Assembly: GCF_006345805.1 (NCBI RefSeq)
Contig: NC_042997.1
Location: 173,104,001-173,168,000 of the forward strand
Direction: 5' to 3'
From: Octopus sinensis
Lineage: Eukaryota
Length of the DNA stretch: 64,000 nucleotides
A program made the translations under genes and the position numbers. Shown here piece by piece: positions 1-13,286 of the stretch. The notes below the pieces were generated by a model that saw nothing but the letters and a program-made list of their open reading frames with translations, was not told where the DNA came from and ran no database searches. Position 1 is the stretch's first letter, and the number at the start of each line of letters is the position of its first letter.

Positions 1-288
1 GACCCTGTTGTAACAATAGATTTCATGACAAAATTGGCCTAATAAGGCACTTCAGGACTCATAAAGTGCAATGCTGATAACCGGGTCATCTTCAGAGACA
101 TGAAGGATGAAACTTATAACGTATAAAATTAAACATCTATGCAAGTGCATGCCCAGTAGAATTTAAAAACTATAAATATTAATTATTAACTGCAAAAAGC
201 AAATAATTTCAAATTCATTATAAAAATGCTAATTTAAGGTATATAATTAAAAGCACATCAGACCGGCAATTTCTCTATGAATGAATGA

Positions 289-289
<1 letters not shown>

Positions 290-321
<32 letters not shown>

Positions 322-325
322 GTGT

Positions 326-416
<91 letters not shown>

Positions 417-420
417 GTGT
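290..420. repeat. (GT)n microsatellite, ~130 bp
   Basis: Direct read; explains the His/Thr and Cys/Val ORFs at 247-505. Confidence 0.97.
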
Positions 421-3400
421 ATTACTGGCTGAACTTTTTGTAGGTATGAGACTGAAAGCAAATAAACACACACAGAAAAATCGTTATGTCTCAGAAGTTC
501 ATTAGATCTGCTCTAATTAGAACTAAATTTGTTTTGCTAGTTCCAATAGTGAAACAAATCTTAAGACCATTTGGTCATATCATTTTCATACATAATTAAT
601 AACATCATATAGTCTATGAATTAGTTAAATTAGTAAGCTTCCTTCGAATACTGTACTTTGTAGTACTTAAAAAACACAAGGTAGGCTGCACTATTTAGGC
701 TTCTTAAGTGTATCGTATCCTGTGTCCATGATCATAATAATGCAAGATGGGCAACAAGCTGAGGAATTGCTATCACCTAGTTTGACTAGTCATTGCCAAT
801 CAAGACATAATAAGCCTTTAACCCTACACTAAGAAAAGCAATGTGAGTCGGTTAGGATAGTGAGATTTAGCTGAGTAATAGGTAAAATGCCTATATCCTA
901 TCACGTTCTGAGTTCAAACATAGCAGGGACTGACTTTGTATTTCATCTTTAAGTAGTGGGGTTGATATGCATTACGTCATTTCAACCGGAGCACAGCCAT
1001 AAAGCATTTCGTCGAACAAATCTAAGCCCAGTACTTATTCTTACGGGCTCTTTTGCCAAACTGCTATGGTACCAGTGTTGGTTTCTTTACAAACAGTTAT
1101 TATTTTTGAAGGAGATCACGCGGTCGTTAGCCTCAAATCGCCAGGCCCGGTTGGCGTTTGTAAGATGCAGCATTGCGGATGAATGAAACCAGTTTAACCC
1201 ACCCCGGGTGAATGCTGTCAAGTCAAGTCTTTATAAACAGTTGAGGGTAGACACACGCAGTCAAGCAGTAGAGGGCAGACACACACACACTGGTCTTCTA
1301 CACAATTTTCATCTATCAAATGCATTTAGTAAATCTATTTTAACAAGTTTATTCCTTCTGATGCATATTCACTTCGTTTAGCAATGAATTTGATCTAATA
1401 AAATCATAGTGAAATCTCAGTGCTGTAATAGGTTATTGTTGCATTTTGGTAAAGTCATATTAATTAAACTATTTGAGCTATGCTCAGAATTACTAATTCA
1501 AAGGATGAAAAACAGAGGGGACACACACAAACACACACAAAGCAGTGCTGTAAATAATGTCTTCTTTTTTTCGAAAGACAGTAGCAGTTAAAAGTTATAT
1601 AGATTCCTCTTCAACCGTGAAGAGGAATTGGAATACTTGAAATCATGTGTGTGTGTGTGTGTACACAGATGTACAGACATCTGAATGTCTTTGTGGATGG
1701 TTGGCTGGCTGGCTAGCCGGCTGGATGTTTGTATGTGCTCATGTCTGCACATGTATGTGGAAATAACCGAGGAAAGTGAAGAGATGATGGTTAGAAAAAA
1801 AAAAAAAAGATATAAAATAGGTGGCAGTACAAAAACAGTAAACTACCCCTATTAAAAAAAAAAAAAAAATCTGGTTATTCAATTTATTTATTTACTATAT
1901 TTATTTATATACATATTTTTATTATTAATTTCAGTTTCATTATTTACATCACTAAGCTCCCAATGTCGTTTCATTACAGCATATTAACTTCAAATGGTAA
2001 AGCCATCCGGAAGAAGATACATGTTTAGTTAAGAGCATGCAATGTAAATTACGAGAACATAAGAGAGAATGTAGGATGCAAAATAAAACTTCTGAAACTA
2101 ATCCTTTCTATTTAATTATGCAGTAAAAATTGCAATTTTTTAATCTATTTTGTTTTGCATATTCTTTTAATTATTTTATTTGCTTTATAAAAATTTAACT
2201 CCCTTCCCTATTCATCCATTCTCAAATTTATATTACAAAATTAATTTTTTAAAATAAATATACATAGATGTGTGTATATTCATGCATATGCACACATATA
2301 CACACACACACACATACATATATACATACATACAAGCCCAATCAAATCATGATGCTTTAAGTTTCAAATTGCAAATAAGCATTATACATTTCTTCGAAGA
2401 ATTTGAAAATAATTTGATTAGCATGAGTAAAGAATACAGAAAATATAGTAAGTGAGATTTATTTAAAAATTCTAATTGAATTTTAATATTTAGGGGGGGG
2501 GGAATGAGTGAGTGAGGGGTATGTGGTAAGGGTGGAATGGTTGAAATTTAATGTAAAAATTTTCAATTCTTTTCGTCCCCCATCCACCATTCATACAATA
2601 GCAGAAGGACGTAAAAGATAATCAACAAGATCAAGAAGAACAACAACAACAGTAATAACAACAAGAGCACTTAGGTAAAGAATTCCTTGAGAAACAGAAG
2701 AAACAATGTTTCCACTGAGTGATTCCAAAGTCACAACTTATAACAATTATTGCATTAAGCACACGAGATTATGAAAATCCTATTAATTTTTCTTTTAAAA
2801 TTTGAAAAGTCTTCAATATGCTTCGAGATAGAATACATTTATTTAGCAATATAATAATAACAAATAAATAAAATTATTACTATTATCATTATCATTGTTG
2901 TTGTTGTTGTTACAATGTTAATAATAAATAAATAAATATATAACTAGAAAATGCATTAGTGGCACTAAAGGTTGGCCTTTTTGATTGCTACAACAATTAG
3001 TAGCCATCTGTAATCAATGATGCTTAATCTTTGCTAAAATGTTCTAACGCTTATCTAATCCATTTGATGTTTATCATAAAACAATAATCTTTTCGAGCTA
3101 TTATAAAATTTTGCATTGAATTTTATTTGTTTGCTTCTCTCCACCGTCACCATCCTTTTCATATATTTTTTTTTTGTTAATATATATTGTTTTTACTTTT
3201 TTTTTCTATTATTGATTTTTGTGGATCTTTTATAAAAATTACATTCACATAGACTGTTTCTACTGGGCAAGATGATGATAAAAATAAAATTTTTTTAAAT
3301 GAATATAAAAAAGAACTTAACGATGCCTCAAAACATATGTTAAGTTTAATCTCAATTAATCAAGACAACATAATGCAATATCATATTATACATATATATA

Positions 3401-3774
3401 TATATGTATATGTATGTATGTACCATATACTCTACTACATACATGTGTCTGTGTGCGTATACGTTCATGTATGTGTACATTAATAGACACTAACAATTAA
3501 TTTAAGAACCCATCATAATAATTATTCTTAAAGAGTATAACTTAAACAGTGATCATGCATGATGGAGAGGTGCAAAAGGCTTCTTGGCGTGAGGAGTAGA
3601 TAGCTAATTCACATGATAACCGATAAACTGTTAGTATCGAAAGTGAAAATTTACTGCTTTATATAAAATACTTGTCTGTTAATAAATATTTCTAAGAGAA
3701 GGTGGCATGGCACAAATTGTACATGGGTAGGAGTATGAACCCATCATGTCAACTGTTATAGTAAGAGTACTTAC

Positions 3775-3959
3775 TATATCAAACTTCGTAGGATTTGAAC
3801 CCACAAAGTTGTTGATGGTGGTGGTGGTGGTGGTAATGGATCTAAACACTGCAAGACAATTTGAATGCCAGTCTGTCAATTCAGCCATCCACAGACCAAT
3901 ACCAATAGTTAAGACTACATCTATCATTAATAATTCTTGACACTCCAAAACACTATACT
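3775..3959 (-). CDS. Candidate internal exon of an unidentified host gene (185 nt)
   Basis: Minus strand: pyrimidine tract ctttccattttctcatttactttttattccctttcataag, then an open frame (YSVLECQELLMIDVVLTIGIGLW...SNPTKFDI) ending at a GTAAGT donor. Phase-compatible with the 7197-7241 candidate. An internal acceptor (ttgtcttgcag) is an alternative. No protein family recognised. Confidence 0.3.
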
Positions 3960-4120
3960 CTTATGAAAGGGAATAAAAAGTAAATGAGAAAATGGAAAGC
4001 CTAGATGAGCTCTAAGGATTCTTTACATTTCGGCAACATTACCGCATGGAAGTAAATCATAAATGAAAAAATTGTATTTTAAATAAGCAAAGATTGTGAC
4101 AAGTATTGATGTGTGTGTGT

Positions 4121-4165
<45 letters not shown>

Positions 4166-5322
4166 CACACAAAACACACAAGCCTCTGTCTGTAAGTATG
4201 AATGTATGTATATGTACCCTGACATTATTTACTCACTTTAGCGTAAAACAGTATCACTGCTTAGGTGTCACAGTGTGTATACTTGCAGTTACAAAATGTC
4301 TGGCTACTTACTAAATAGTCTGGCGTTTGAAAGACCAGGAGAATATGTACCTCATATGAAAAAAAAGCAAGCGTTGGTGATAAGAGTAGCTGATGATAGA
4401 ATATTGTTACTTCTATAAATGAATCTCATTTTATTTATTCCGCTATCCATTTTCTCCCTTAAAACTATATTTTTCTCCAAATTTTATTTCTTTTGTGTAT
4501 ACATGTGTGCCTGTGTTTGTTAGCACACATGTGTACAAAAACAGAATTGTTTTAGTTTCAATATGTATGTGTCTTGCTAAAAACAAAAGCCTCCCTTTCT
4601 GTCTCTCTCTCCCAAGCCTGATACACAAACACACATATCTACCAATACATCACACCTACAGATGTATAGAAAATGGGTGAAAAGTGAACACACACATACA
4701 TGCATACAGATATAGTGGGGGGAAAGAACAAGATGGTTAAGAACAATACATATATGTATTGTTTCGAACTAAATCCCAACAGGTGAGCCAGACACCATTT
4801 AATGATGCCACTTTCAGACATTATTGTATTACTGTAGCATACCATTGAAAAGATTGCTGGCAGGCACATTAGCTAGTAACAGAGTTTTGATGGTTTACAG
4901 GTGTAGTTCCATGGTATATTCAATCTATTGTGGTTTCAAATTATAGGCCCAAACTTTGGTCATAATAATAAATGTGGAGCCGTATTGATTATGCTGTACT
5001 GAATTAAGTTACAAGGTGTGTGGAAAATGGTGAGCTTATGAAAGCTTTCCTGCTGGTGGACTTTATTTACATTTGCATAAGTATGTGCATGTAAATGTTT
5101 GTGTATTAATATAGTGGTTTTTTTTTCACATTTGCAAATATCATATCTATGTATATATGTGAACATATACATGCACATACCTACATATATAAATTCACAT
5201 GCACACATGAACACACACATGTATCTAGATTATAATATTTATTTATTTATATATTATAAAATCTACACACATATATGTAAAATGAAGAAAAGGAAAGGTG
5301 TGTGTGTGTGTATATGCACCAG

Positions 5323-5424
5323 GCCAGATCAGACTGGAGCCTGGTGCAGCCTTCTGGCTTCCCAGATCCCCGGTCAAACCGTCCAACCCATACTAGCATG
5401 GAGAACGGACGTTAAACGATGATG
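5323..5424 (+). mobile_element. SINE family C, 3' fragment
   Basis: gccagatcagactggagcctggtgcagcc...gcatggagaacggacgttaaacgatgatg, matching the copies at 23.1k and 44.6k. Confidence 0.85.
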
Positions 5425-5425
5425 G

Positions 5426-5467
<42 letters not shown>

Positions 5468-5542
5468 TGCTGTAACCAATGTAAGCTTTGGACACACAAG
5501 AAGTGTAGTGTAATTACAAGCAGGCTAAATGAGAAGGTAAGC

Positions 5543-6075
5543 TTTATATGTGACAGATGTATTGGAGCAATGCACACTCGGAAATAGAGCACAATCAGAA
5601 ATAGAATGTTTTAAACATCCTTATGGCTAACAAGAAGTAGTTGATAACTTCTGCTATCAAGGAGATATAGTAAGATAGTTGCTCTAGAAAGTATAGCAGC
5701 TGAGGTAATAATGGATTGGAAAACATTTGGGATGCTAATGATACAATTAACTCTTTCCCTTCAGAGTGAAGGACAGTTTGTATGATGTTTGTGTTATAAA
5801 TACAATGTCGTATAGTAGCAAGACATAGGCATGGCCTGTCAAAGGCTTCTACAGACTACAAATGAAGTTATAAGAATCAGGTGTAGTGTGCAAGAGAACA
5901 GGCAGCACAGGTATGGGTATGTGAAGTATATAAAAGGAAAATTGCTGGATACAAAAGTGTCAAGTACTCCAAGTTAGTGAAACCTATAGAAAAAGAGATT
6001 TGATGATATTGCACTTCACAAAAATGATGATAAAGGACTGTACAGGTTGGCAATATGTGGTGCTACAGAAGACTC
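5543..6075 (+). mobile_element. Decayed RTE-clade LINE, RT C-terminal region
   Basis: Frameshifted translation gives FICDRCIG, EVVDNFCYQGD, RVKDSLYDVCV, IRCSVQE..RYGYV, in the order expected for an RTE ORF end. Confidence 0.7.
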
Positions 6076-6239
6076 ATGGCCTTTCAACAAAGAACAACTG
6101 AAGTGCTTAAAAAGTCATGATACAACACATACACACACAATTATAAGAATTGATTAAATGCCGTTTGTGTTATTTTTTTACATATACATTTATGTTCTAC
6201 AAGACACATCATACAACTTTATACATCCTCCCCAACAAT

Positions 6240-7010
6240 TACACCACAACTCTTGCAACTCCTCAATGAGTCCCAATCTATTCATGATTCCTCATTTCAT
6301 ATTTTATGTTTGGCCTGCTGTACAACCAATCTACATGCCCTTTGCCAGGTTACCTTTATTGCCATCCCACTACCTACCTGCTCAGCACCCACCCACAGTC
6401 TCCTTTCCTACCCCTCTCTTTCACTACCTCTTTCCACTCTTCCCCCACCTCAGATACTCCTGGGCCATCCATACTCTGCCTTTCCTCTTCTGCCTGTGGC
6501 TACAGGTACCCTCTAGCAATTCATTCCCCTAATTACTCCCATTACATTCAACCACAGCTTCCTCAACCCCCACCATCTTTCACAGCCCCTTTTCCATAAC
6601 TGTGCTCCACAACACCCCATCTCATCCTGGTCTATGCCCACTTCCCTCCAATGACACTTTTAAAGTTCCTCTGAACCCTAGTCCCTTACTCTCCCCTTTT
6701 TCTCAAATCTTGTCCATACTTCCCTTATAATGTAGGTAGCCATATACTCCATCTACACATCTCATTATCATCTTTCTGATGCATCCCACCCATCACTTCC
6801 CAAAAGCCCTTGATGATAAATCCTTCCCTTTTCTTTGTTCCCTACCATACTCCTTCCCCCAATCAGTGCCAACTCCACTACCTTCTGAATCACTCTACTA
6901 CTACACATCAGAACCTGTATTATCTTAACCACAGTGCACTCTTTCATGAAACTGGCACTAGAGAGATCATCATATCTTTGACCCTAATGAAGGGTCCTCT
7001 TATTTTCTCA
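6240..7010 (+). mobile_element. Possible old Penelope-like 3' region (C-rich tract)
   Basis: Long C/T-rich tract followed by ctaatgaagggtcc, resembling a decayed CTGATGA-A-GGG motif. Weak. Confidence 0.25.
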
Positions 7011-7196
7011 TGGTACCAACATTACAGAGAATTGCTATGTCTTTCACAAGACTAAAGGGTCCTTTGACACCATGTCTGTAAACACACACAAGTTAAAGCA
7101 ATATAGTACTGAAATCAAGCAAAATAGCTAGCTGTAAAATCTAAAGAAGAGATCAGAGTAGTAACTGTACTAACAAATAAAGACAATCAATCTTAC

Positions 7197-7241
7197 CAAT
7201 ATAATATGATTGCAATGATCGAGGCTGAATGAATATCTTAC
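7197..7241 (-). CDS. Candidate 45-nt exon / recursive-splicing exon
   Basis: Minus strand: tgtttttttctcttttcag|GTAAGATATTCATTCAGCCTCGATCATTGCAATCATATTATATTG|gtaaga. Open as (G)KIFIQPRSLQSYYI or VRYSFSLDHCNHIIL. Confidence 0.45.
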
Positions 7242-7545
7242 CTGAAAAGAGAAAAAAACATCAAAAATTAAATATAAAAAGCAAAAACTTTTTTTTAATA
7301 AATATTATATAAATAGTATTATTTAAAGTAGATTTTTTTTTAAAAATCAACAACACAAATAATATAAAGGAGAAATAAAACCAGGAATATTGTATAAAAG
7401 AAAATTTTATATGGAAACTTTTAAAAACCTCCAGATTGTAAGTGCCTTAGTTTCACCCAAGTGCACTGGCAGAAATCAAATATAAGAATAATGCTTGTAA
7501 TTTGGTAAATGCCTACATGTCAATGCAGAAAAGATAAATATATAG

Positions 7546-7910
7546 AAGCAGGTACAGCTGTGTGGTTAAGGTCACCTTGTAACTATGTGGTTTTGGGTTC
7601 AGTCTCACTACACAGCACCATGAGCAAGTATCTTCTACTACAGCTGACCAATGCCTTGTGAGTGAATCTGGTAGATGGAAACTGTGGAAACCAGTCACAA
7701 ATGTGTGTGTGTGTGTGTGTGTGTGTGTTTACCCAGCACTTGACAACTGGTGTTGTCAATGACTTAGCAACTTGGCAAAAGAGACCTAATAGAGTAAGCA
7801 CCAGACCTATAAATAAATACTGAGGTCAATCTCTCAGACTGAAACTCTTCACGGCAGCAGCTGAACATGGTTGCAGTCTGATGATTGAAACCAGTAGAAA
7901 GATAAACGAT
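7546..7910 (+). mobile_element. SINE family A, diverged near-full copy
   Basis: tRNA-like head (gctgtgtggttaag...gggttcagtc), internal (GT)n and the same body as the 55054 copy. Confidence 0.8.
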
Positions 7911-8128
7911 ATAAGGCCACAGCTGAAAACCTTCCCTTGAGGTTGACAGTGTTAAAACACTACCAACCGCTTCTATTCAAACATTTTCTTTCTATAAATT
8001 TATCTTTCTCTTTTCCTTACCATTACTTCATTTATATCTAAATCTGTACAGCCTAAGACAGGGAAACATGTTTACGTAGAAATTCACATTTATATGACAC
8101 CCATGATGGTTGTTTATTGAGTATTCTG

Positions 8129-8166
<38 letters not shown>

Positions 8167-8549
8167 GAATGATAATGTCATTAAAATAGAAATTAACAAC
8201 AACAACAACAACACGGAATGGAAATGCTTTAATTACTTTAAGGGGAGTTATTTATGTGTGTATACATGTTGCTCTAACTGGGACAGATATTACAAAGCAA
8301 CAACATGAACAGGAACCCGTGATAATCCACCCCACTCCTTGTCCATTAATTCTTACATGAAATGTCCTAGTTTTTAAAACTTTAGAAGTGTTGGGGGGTC
8401 CTTAAAGTCTGGCACTATTGGAAATCAGATCACTGTACGTATGTGCATGTGACTACACACACACACACACCACACACACGCACACACACACATATATATA
8501 TCATTATTTAATGTCTACCTTCCATGGTAGCATGGATATTCTTTTTTTT

Positions 8550-8737
8550 CTTTTACTTGTTTCAGTCATTTGACTGCAGCCATGCTGGAGCACTGCCTTT
8601 AGTCGAACAAGTCGACCCCAGGACTTATTCTTTGTAAGCTTGTACTTATTTTATCGGTCTCGTTTGTTATGGGATGTAAACACAGCAACACTGGTTGTGA
8701 GGTAATAGTGGGGGGACAAACACAGATACAGATACAT

Positions 8738-8768
<31 letters not shown>

Positions 8769-9059
8769 AGGTGGGCTTCTTTCAGTTTCCGCCTACCAAA
8801 TCGTTTTTGTTACATGTTATTGTTTTTGCTGAATAAAATTTGTTGAAAAAAAAGCTGCAATAATTATGCAACAATCTAATATATTATATGAACATATATG
8901 ATGGGCTTCTTTCAAATCTATTACAAGCTTTGGTGTGCCTAGGACTACAGTAGAATACCTTACCCATGCATTGGGGACTGAACTCAAACTTGTGGTTGAG
9001 AAACAAACTTCTAGACCATACAGCCATACTTATTCTTACATTTACACACACACACACAC

Positions 9060-9096
<37 letters not shown>

Positions 9097-9245
9097 TCTG
9101 CACAGTTTCCACCAAATTCTATTCATAACTATTTGCCAACGTAAGGTTATGATAAAGACACTATATCTAAGGAACTGTGCAATGAGATCAAACTTGGAAC
9201 CCCTACATTTGCAAAGTGAGCTTCTTCACTACACAGCCTTGCTTG
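8550..9245 (-). mobile_element. SINE family A fragments (8550-8802, ~8900-9030, ~9090-9245)
   Basis: ttttacttgtttcagtcatttgactgc...ggcttctttcagtttcc and gggactgaactc motifs are the reverse complement of family A. Confidence 0.8.
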
Positions 9246-9565
9246 TGAAATTCTTCACAAACACACTAACATACACATACACACACAAGCACACCCTTTT
9301 TACATATGCGAAATACATTTACATACAGACACCCACAAAAAACATCACACACAGATATACACATTATCTCAAATAAATCAAGAACTTATGTTCATAAAAC
9401 TACCATCTTTTTCTTTTTTTTTTTTAAATATATATGCAACAAAAGGAGAGAAAAAATTGGTAAGGAAAAAAAATTAACGAAAAACATGAAAAGAAGATAA
9501 ACCAACTAAGGAAGAGAAACCACATTTCAGACTCGATATACAGGAAGGAGGAGTCTTTAAAATGT

Positions 9566-9624
9566 TTATCTGTATAGACGATCAAAAGTTTCCTGTTTTT
9601 CAAGACGCTGCTTCTTACTAGTGA
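9566..9624 (-). CDS. Candidate terminal coding exon ((x)TSKKQRLEKQETFDRLYR*)
   Basis: Preceded on the minus strand by roughly 110 nt of T-rich sequence with no AG; the first AG opens a frame ending in TAA. Confidence 0.35.
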
Positions 9625-10267
9625 CTTAGTAAGAAACAAAGAGTAATAAAGATATACACAGTGGAAACAGTTAAAAGATATATATAAAAAAAAAAGAAAT
9701 GAAAAAGAAAAACAAACAAAAAATCAATAGAAAACCCTCAGATATCCAGAAAGACTAAGCGATATCACAAAAATGTTTCTAAACTAGATTTTGGTGGGGT
9801 GGTTGTTTATTTTCCCCATAAATAAAATTTTTTCTCTACTACTACTAATACTACTTCTCCTATTACTACTGCTACTAAAAACAACAATAATATAAGTAAT
9901 GAAACTCGGAGAAAGAAAAAAAAGAAAAAACTTTTAAAAAGTGAAAGAAAGAAAATGTGGCTTAAAATGACAAGCAATCTATACATATGCCAATATGTGC
10001 ATGTGGAGAGAGAGAGAGAGAGAATGCTTTTGTTGCAAAGGTAGAGGTATTTAACATGATATGGTAAGATATTTAGCAACCTCCAGCGTTTTGTTATCCT
10101 CACCTCTCGTTTACATGTCTATTCTATATGCACGCTAATGAGGGTTATAGGGGTTTAGAAACTTTCAAACAAATGCAGATAACTTAGTACACCTTGTTTA
10201 ATTTGTCTCATTGCAATATGCAGAGTTTAATGGACCTGAGACAAGTGGATAGTAATAGAACATAAAT

Positions 10268-10373
10268 ACTATTTCGTTTTTGTATTTGGTTTGCAAGATT
10301 CATTATATGAATTTGTGTGTTGAAGCATATTTTATTGTGTCTGGGGCAAGTCATTCTCTTATAGTGCCTTATT
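10268..10373. mobile_element. Interspersed repeat fragment, same family as 30642-30845
   Basis: tttggtttgcaagattc.ttatatga.tt.gtgtgttgaagcatatt...gtgtctgggg is shared. Confidence 0.8.
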
Positions 10374-10803
10374 ACTTGCAAACAGGAGAAAGAAATACAA
10401 CCTGTTGGTTATTCTTGCATCAGAGACCTGGTTAAAGAATGAACTCCACTAAATGAACATAAGGTCCACATGTTGGTGTTAAACCTAGCAATGAATTAAG
10501 ATTACTATAGTACATTTGCTGGATTTCCATACAGTTTCTGTCTATTCAATTTCATTTACAAGGCTAAGTTGATTAGAGATTAGAGTAAAAAGCCACTCCT
10601 CCAGAGAGCTTATGCAGTGAGATTGAACCCAGGATCGCATAGTTAAACCTGGCAAGTGGATTTGATTGATGGAAACTGAAAGAAGCCCATAGTAAATGTG
10701 TACATAAAATCAAAGGATCAAAGTTCCACACCAAGCCATAGGTTCACAAAGTCAGTTCCTTGGATTCTGTAACATATACATTTCACCCCCGGATGGAACA
10801 CTG

Positions 10804-11071
10804 GTCCATTGCATGATTACTCCCTTTCGCTAGCTGAGTGAACTGGAGCAACATGAAATGAAGTGTCTTGCTCAAGAACACAATGCATCACCTAGCCCAG
10901 GAAATAAATCCAGAATCATACATCACACTTACACACTTCCTCACACACACACATGTACTACATATTTATGTATGTATGTTTGAGCATGTATATGTTTGTA
11001 GAGAATGCATGATTGTTATAAATGTATAGCATTTATTTCTAATATTCTGCAAAAACATGTTTGACCATGGG
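10804..11071 (+). repeat. Local direct duplication, copy 1 (copy 2 at 13287-13576)
   Basis: Shares a family-E SINE head (minus strand) plus non-SINE flank gagaatgcatgattgttataaatgtatagcatttatt.ctaatattctgcaaaaacatgt.tgaccatggg. Confidence 0.85.
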
Positions 11072-11195
11072 CAAATATAACCTTGCTTGGAAACAGGTGA
11101 GGGTTGGCAACAGGAAGGGTATCTGGCTGTAGAAAAAAATCTGCCACAATAAGCTGTTTGACCCATGCAAACAAGAAAAAGTGAATATTAAAACA
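11050..11195 (+). mobile_element. SINE family C variant (C2)
   Basis: ggttggcaacaggaagggtatctggctgtagaaaa...gacccatgcaaacaag; similar copies at ~57.3k and ~63.6k. Confidence 0.65.
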
Positions 11196-12820
11196 ATGAC
11201 AATTACACATACACACACACACGTATATATTTATTTATTTATGCGTGTGTGTTTGTGTGTGTGTGTGTGTGTGCGTGCGTGTGTGAGTGAGAGAGAGTGT
11301 GTGTATGTGTGAGTTTTTATATCACATTGCACTACCAGCTTGTTTAAATTGTATATCCTAGGCAAAAGAATTTCCTTAAACAGTGTTGGCATAATAGCAT
11401 GAAGTCTCTATTTGACAGGTTGATTAGATAATTAAATCCATTTGCTGCTTAGTAATGGCCTACATCAGCAAGACCCAACAGGTCCTAGCAATATAAAAGA
11501 AAAAACCCGTATAGGCAGAATACACACCCTCACTCCAAAAATACATGATTTATTCCTAGGAATTTTTTTTTTTTTTTTTTTGTAAAGTATCAACCAGGAA
11601 ACAATAACAACAGCCAAATGCACAATAACAATTTGAAGCTAATTTACATTTTCAATGTTGATATATGGCCGTGAATAACAAAATCAGTGGAGTATCAGAC
11701 AGATAACTTGTAAGTTCAAATCATATATAAGTTAATTTTTACCCTTGCCCTTCTGCTTTTGCTTTTGCTAAAATCAAATATCTGTTAAGTGCTGCGGTAG
11801 ATAATTTGATATTCCCTTCAAGGCAAGTATACTGATATGGCTACTAGTAACAGAATAAGAGAATACTTTTAACTAACTTGCATTTTTATTGGGGTTTTTT
11901 TTTTTTTAATAGGTTATAATTACAGAAGCAAATGTCTTCAAAGAAAACCCCACAACTTAAAGAAATGAGGATCAGACAGCAAGTCTTATTGCAGATAGTA
12001 AATATGTGAAATGTTGTATCCAGTTTAGCCAAGTTTGTTTTTTCCATGTTAGCATAGCAGCACTTTCAATGAATTTGGTGAAGTAATCCACTTGGAATAT
12101 AACCATTTTACTGTACAGATCCAATAATGAGGCCTATACACAGACTCTTATTGTGGTTTGACTGGCAGGAAATACTGTCAGGAAAATGAATGGATATACA
12201 GGAAGAAATAGTCCTCAATGTAACAGACCAAAATAAAAAATAAATGAATAAAAAACATACGTGAGAGAGAGAGAGAGAAAGTGGGGGAGAGTATGGTTAA
12301 GACTAAATAGTGTTGGAATGATGCAAGTTCACATAATAAGAATATATCATCCAGATATTAAAAATATCAATACAAGTGGAAAGAAAATAGAATCAGGAGT
12401 AGATGATGTAAAACAGAATAATCAAAGGAAAATGTCAACAAATTTATAGTGTCAACTACACAGATATTGGTAATTTACTGGTTTCCATTCATGGACCATG
12501 GCAATCAATTCCCCAGTGTAAGTGTGTAAGGGTTTTTTAGTCCCTTTACAAATCCTGTGGCTATTTTATCCATCGACATTTGAGAAGTTGCTAAGTTGTG
12601 GGGCATTAAGGAACACAATATAAGCAACATACATATACAAAAGGCTTCTGCACAGTTTTCATTCACCAAACCACTCTCATAAAGAACTGGTCAATCTGGG
12701 GCTGTAGAAGATACTTGCTTTGGGTAATATGTAGTGAGATCAAAATCGGAGCCACATGGTTGAAAAGTGAACTTCCTTAGCTATAAGCACTCACACACAC
12801 ACACACACACACACTACATT

Positions 12821-12940
12821 CATCATCATCATCATCGTTTAACGTCCGCTTTCCATGCTAGCATGGGTTGGACGGTTCAACTGGGGTCTGGCAAGCCCGA
12901 AGGCTGCACCAGGCCAGTCAGATCTGGCAGTGTTTCTACA
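12821..12940 (-). mobile_element. SINE family C, 3' fragment
   Basis: (cat)n cgtttaacgtccgctttccatgctagcatggg... is the reverse complement of the family C tail. Confidence 0.9.
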
Positions 12941-13232
12941 TTATATAAACATTAAGTGTGTATGTATATAGGTATGTGTTTGTTTGTTTGTTTATATTTG
13001 AGATGCTCTGAAAACCACTGGTCTACAAGCCATGGTATTGTCACGTCTTCTGTCAACAAATCAGCTAGTGCTTTGAAGACATGTGAAATAGGAGATCCCT
13101 TGCTTCAAAAACAGTTAAGGATTAGCAACAGAAAGGGCATTTGTCTCTAAAACAATGGCTCCATAATACATTCATCCAATCTATGATAGCTTGGAAGAAA
13201 CAAAAAAAATAAAAACAAAGTAAAAATTAATC

Positions 13233-13266
<34 letters not shown>

Positions 13267-13286
13267 CTAATATATGTTTTGTTTTT

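Noticed and set aside
247-505. ORFs rich in HT/CV/YI, here and at 27.1-27.8k, 31.7-32.4k and 45.3-45.7k
   Set aside because: They are translations of dinucleotide microsatellites.
1603-1628. 11-bp hairpin, and a 10-bp hairpin at 41806-41830 with a similar ACCG loop
   Set aside because: Short stems are expected by chance; no shared flanks.
11930-12230. Possible very old RTE-like fragment (ILLYRS...IVLNVT)
   Set aside because: Similarity is too fragmentary to support a call.
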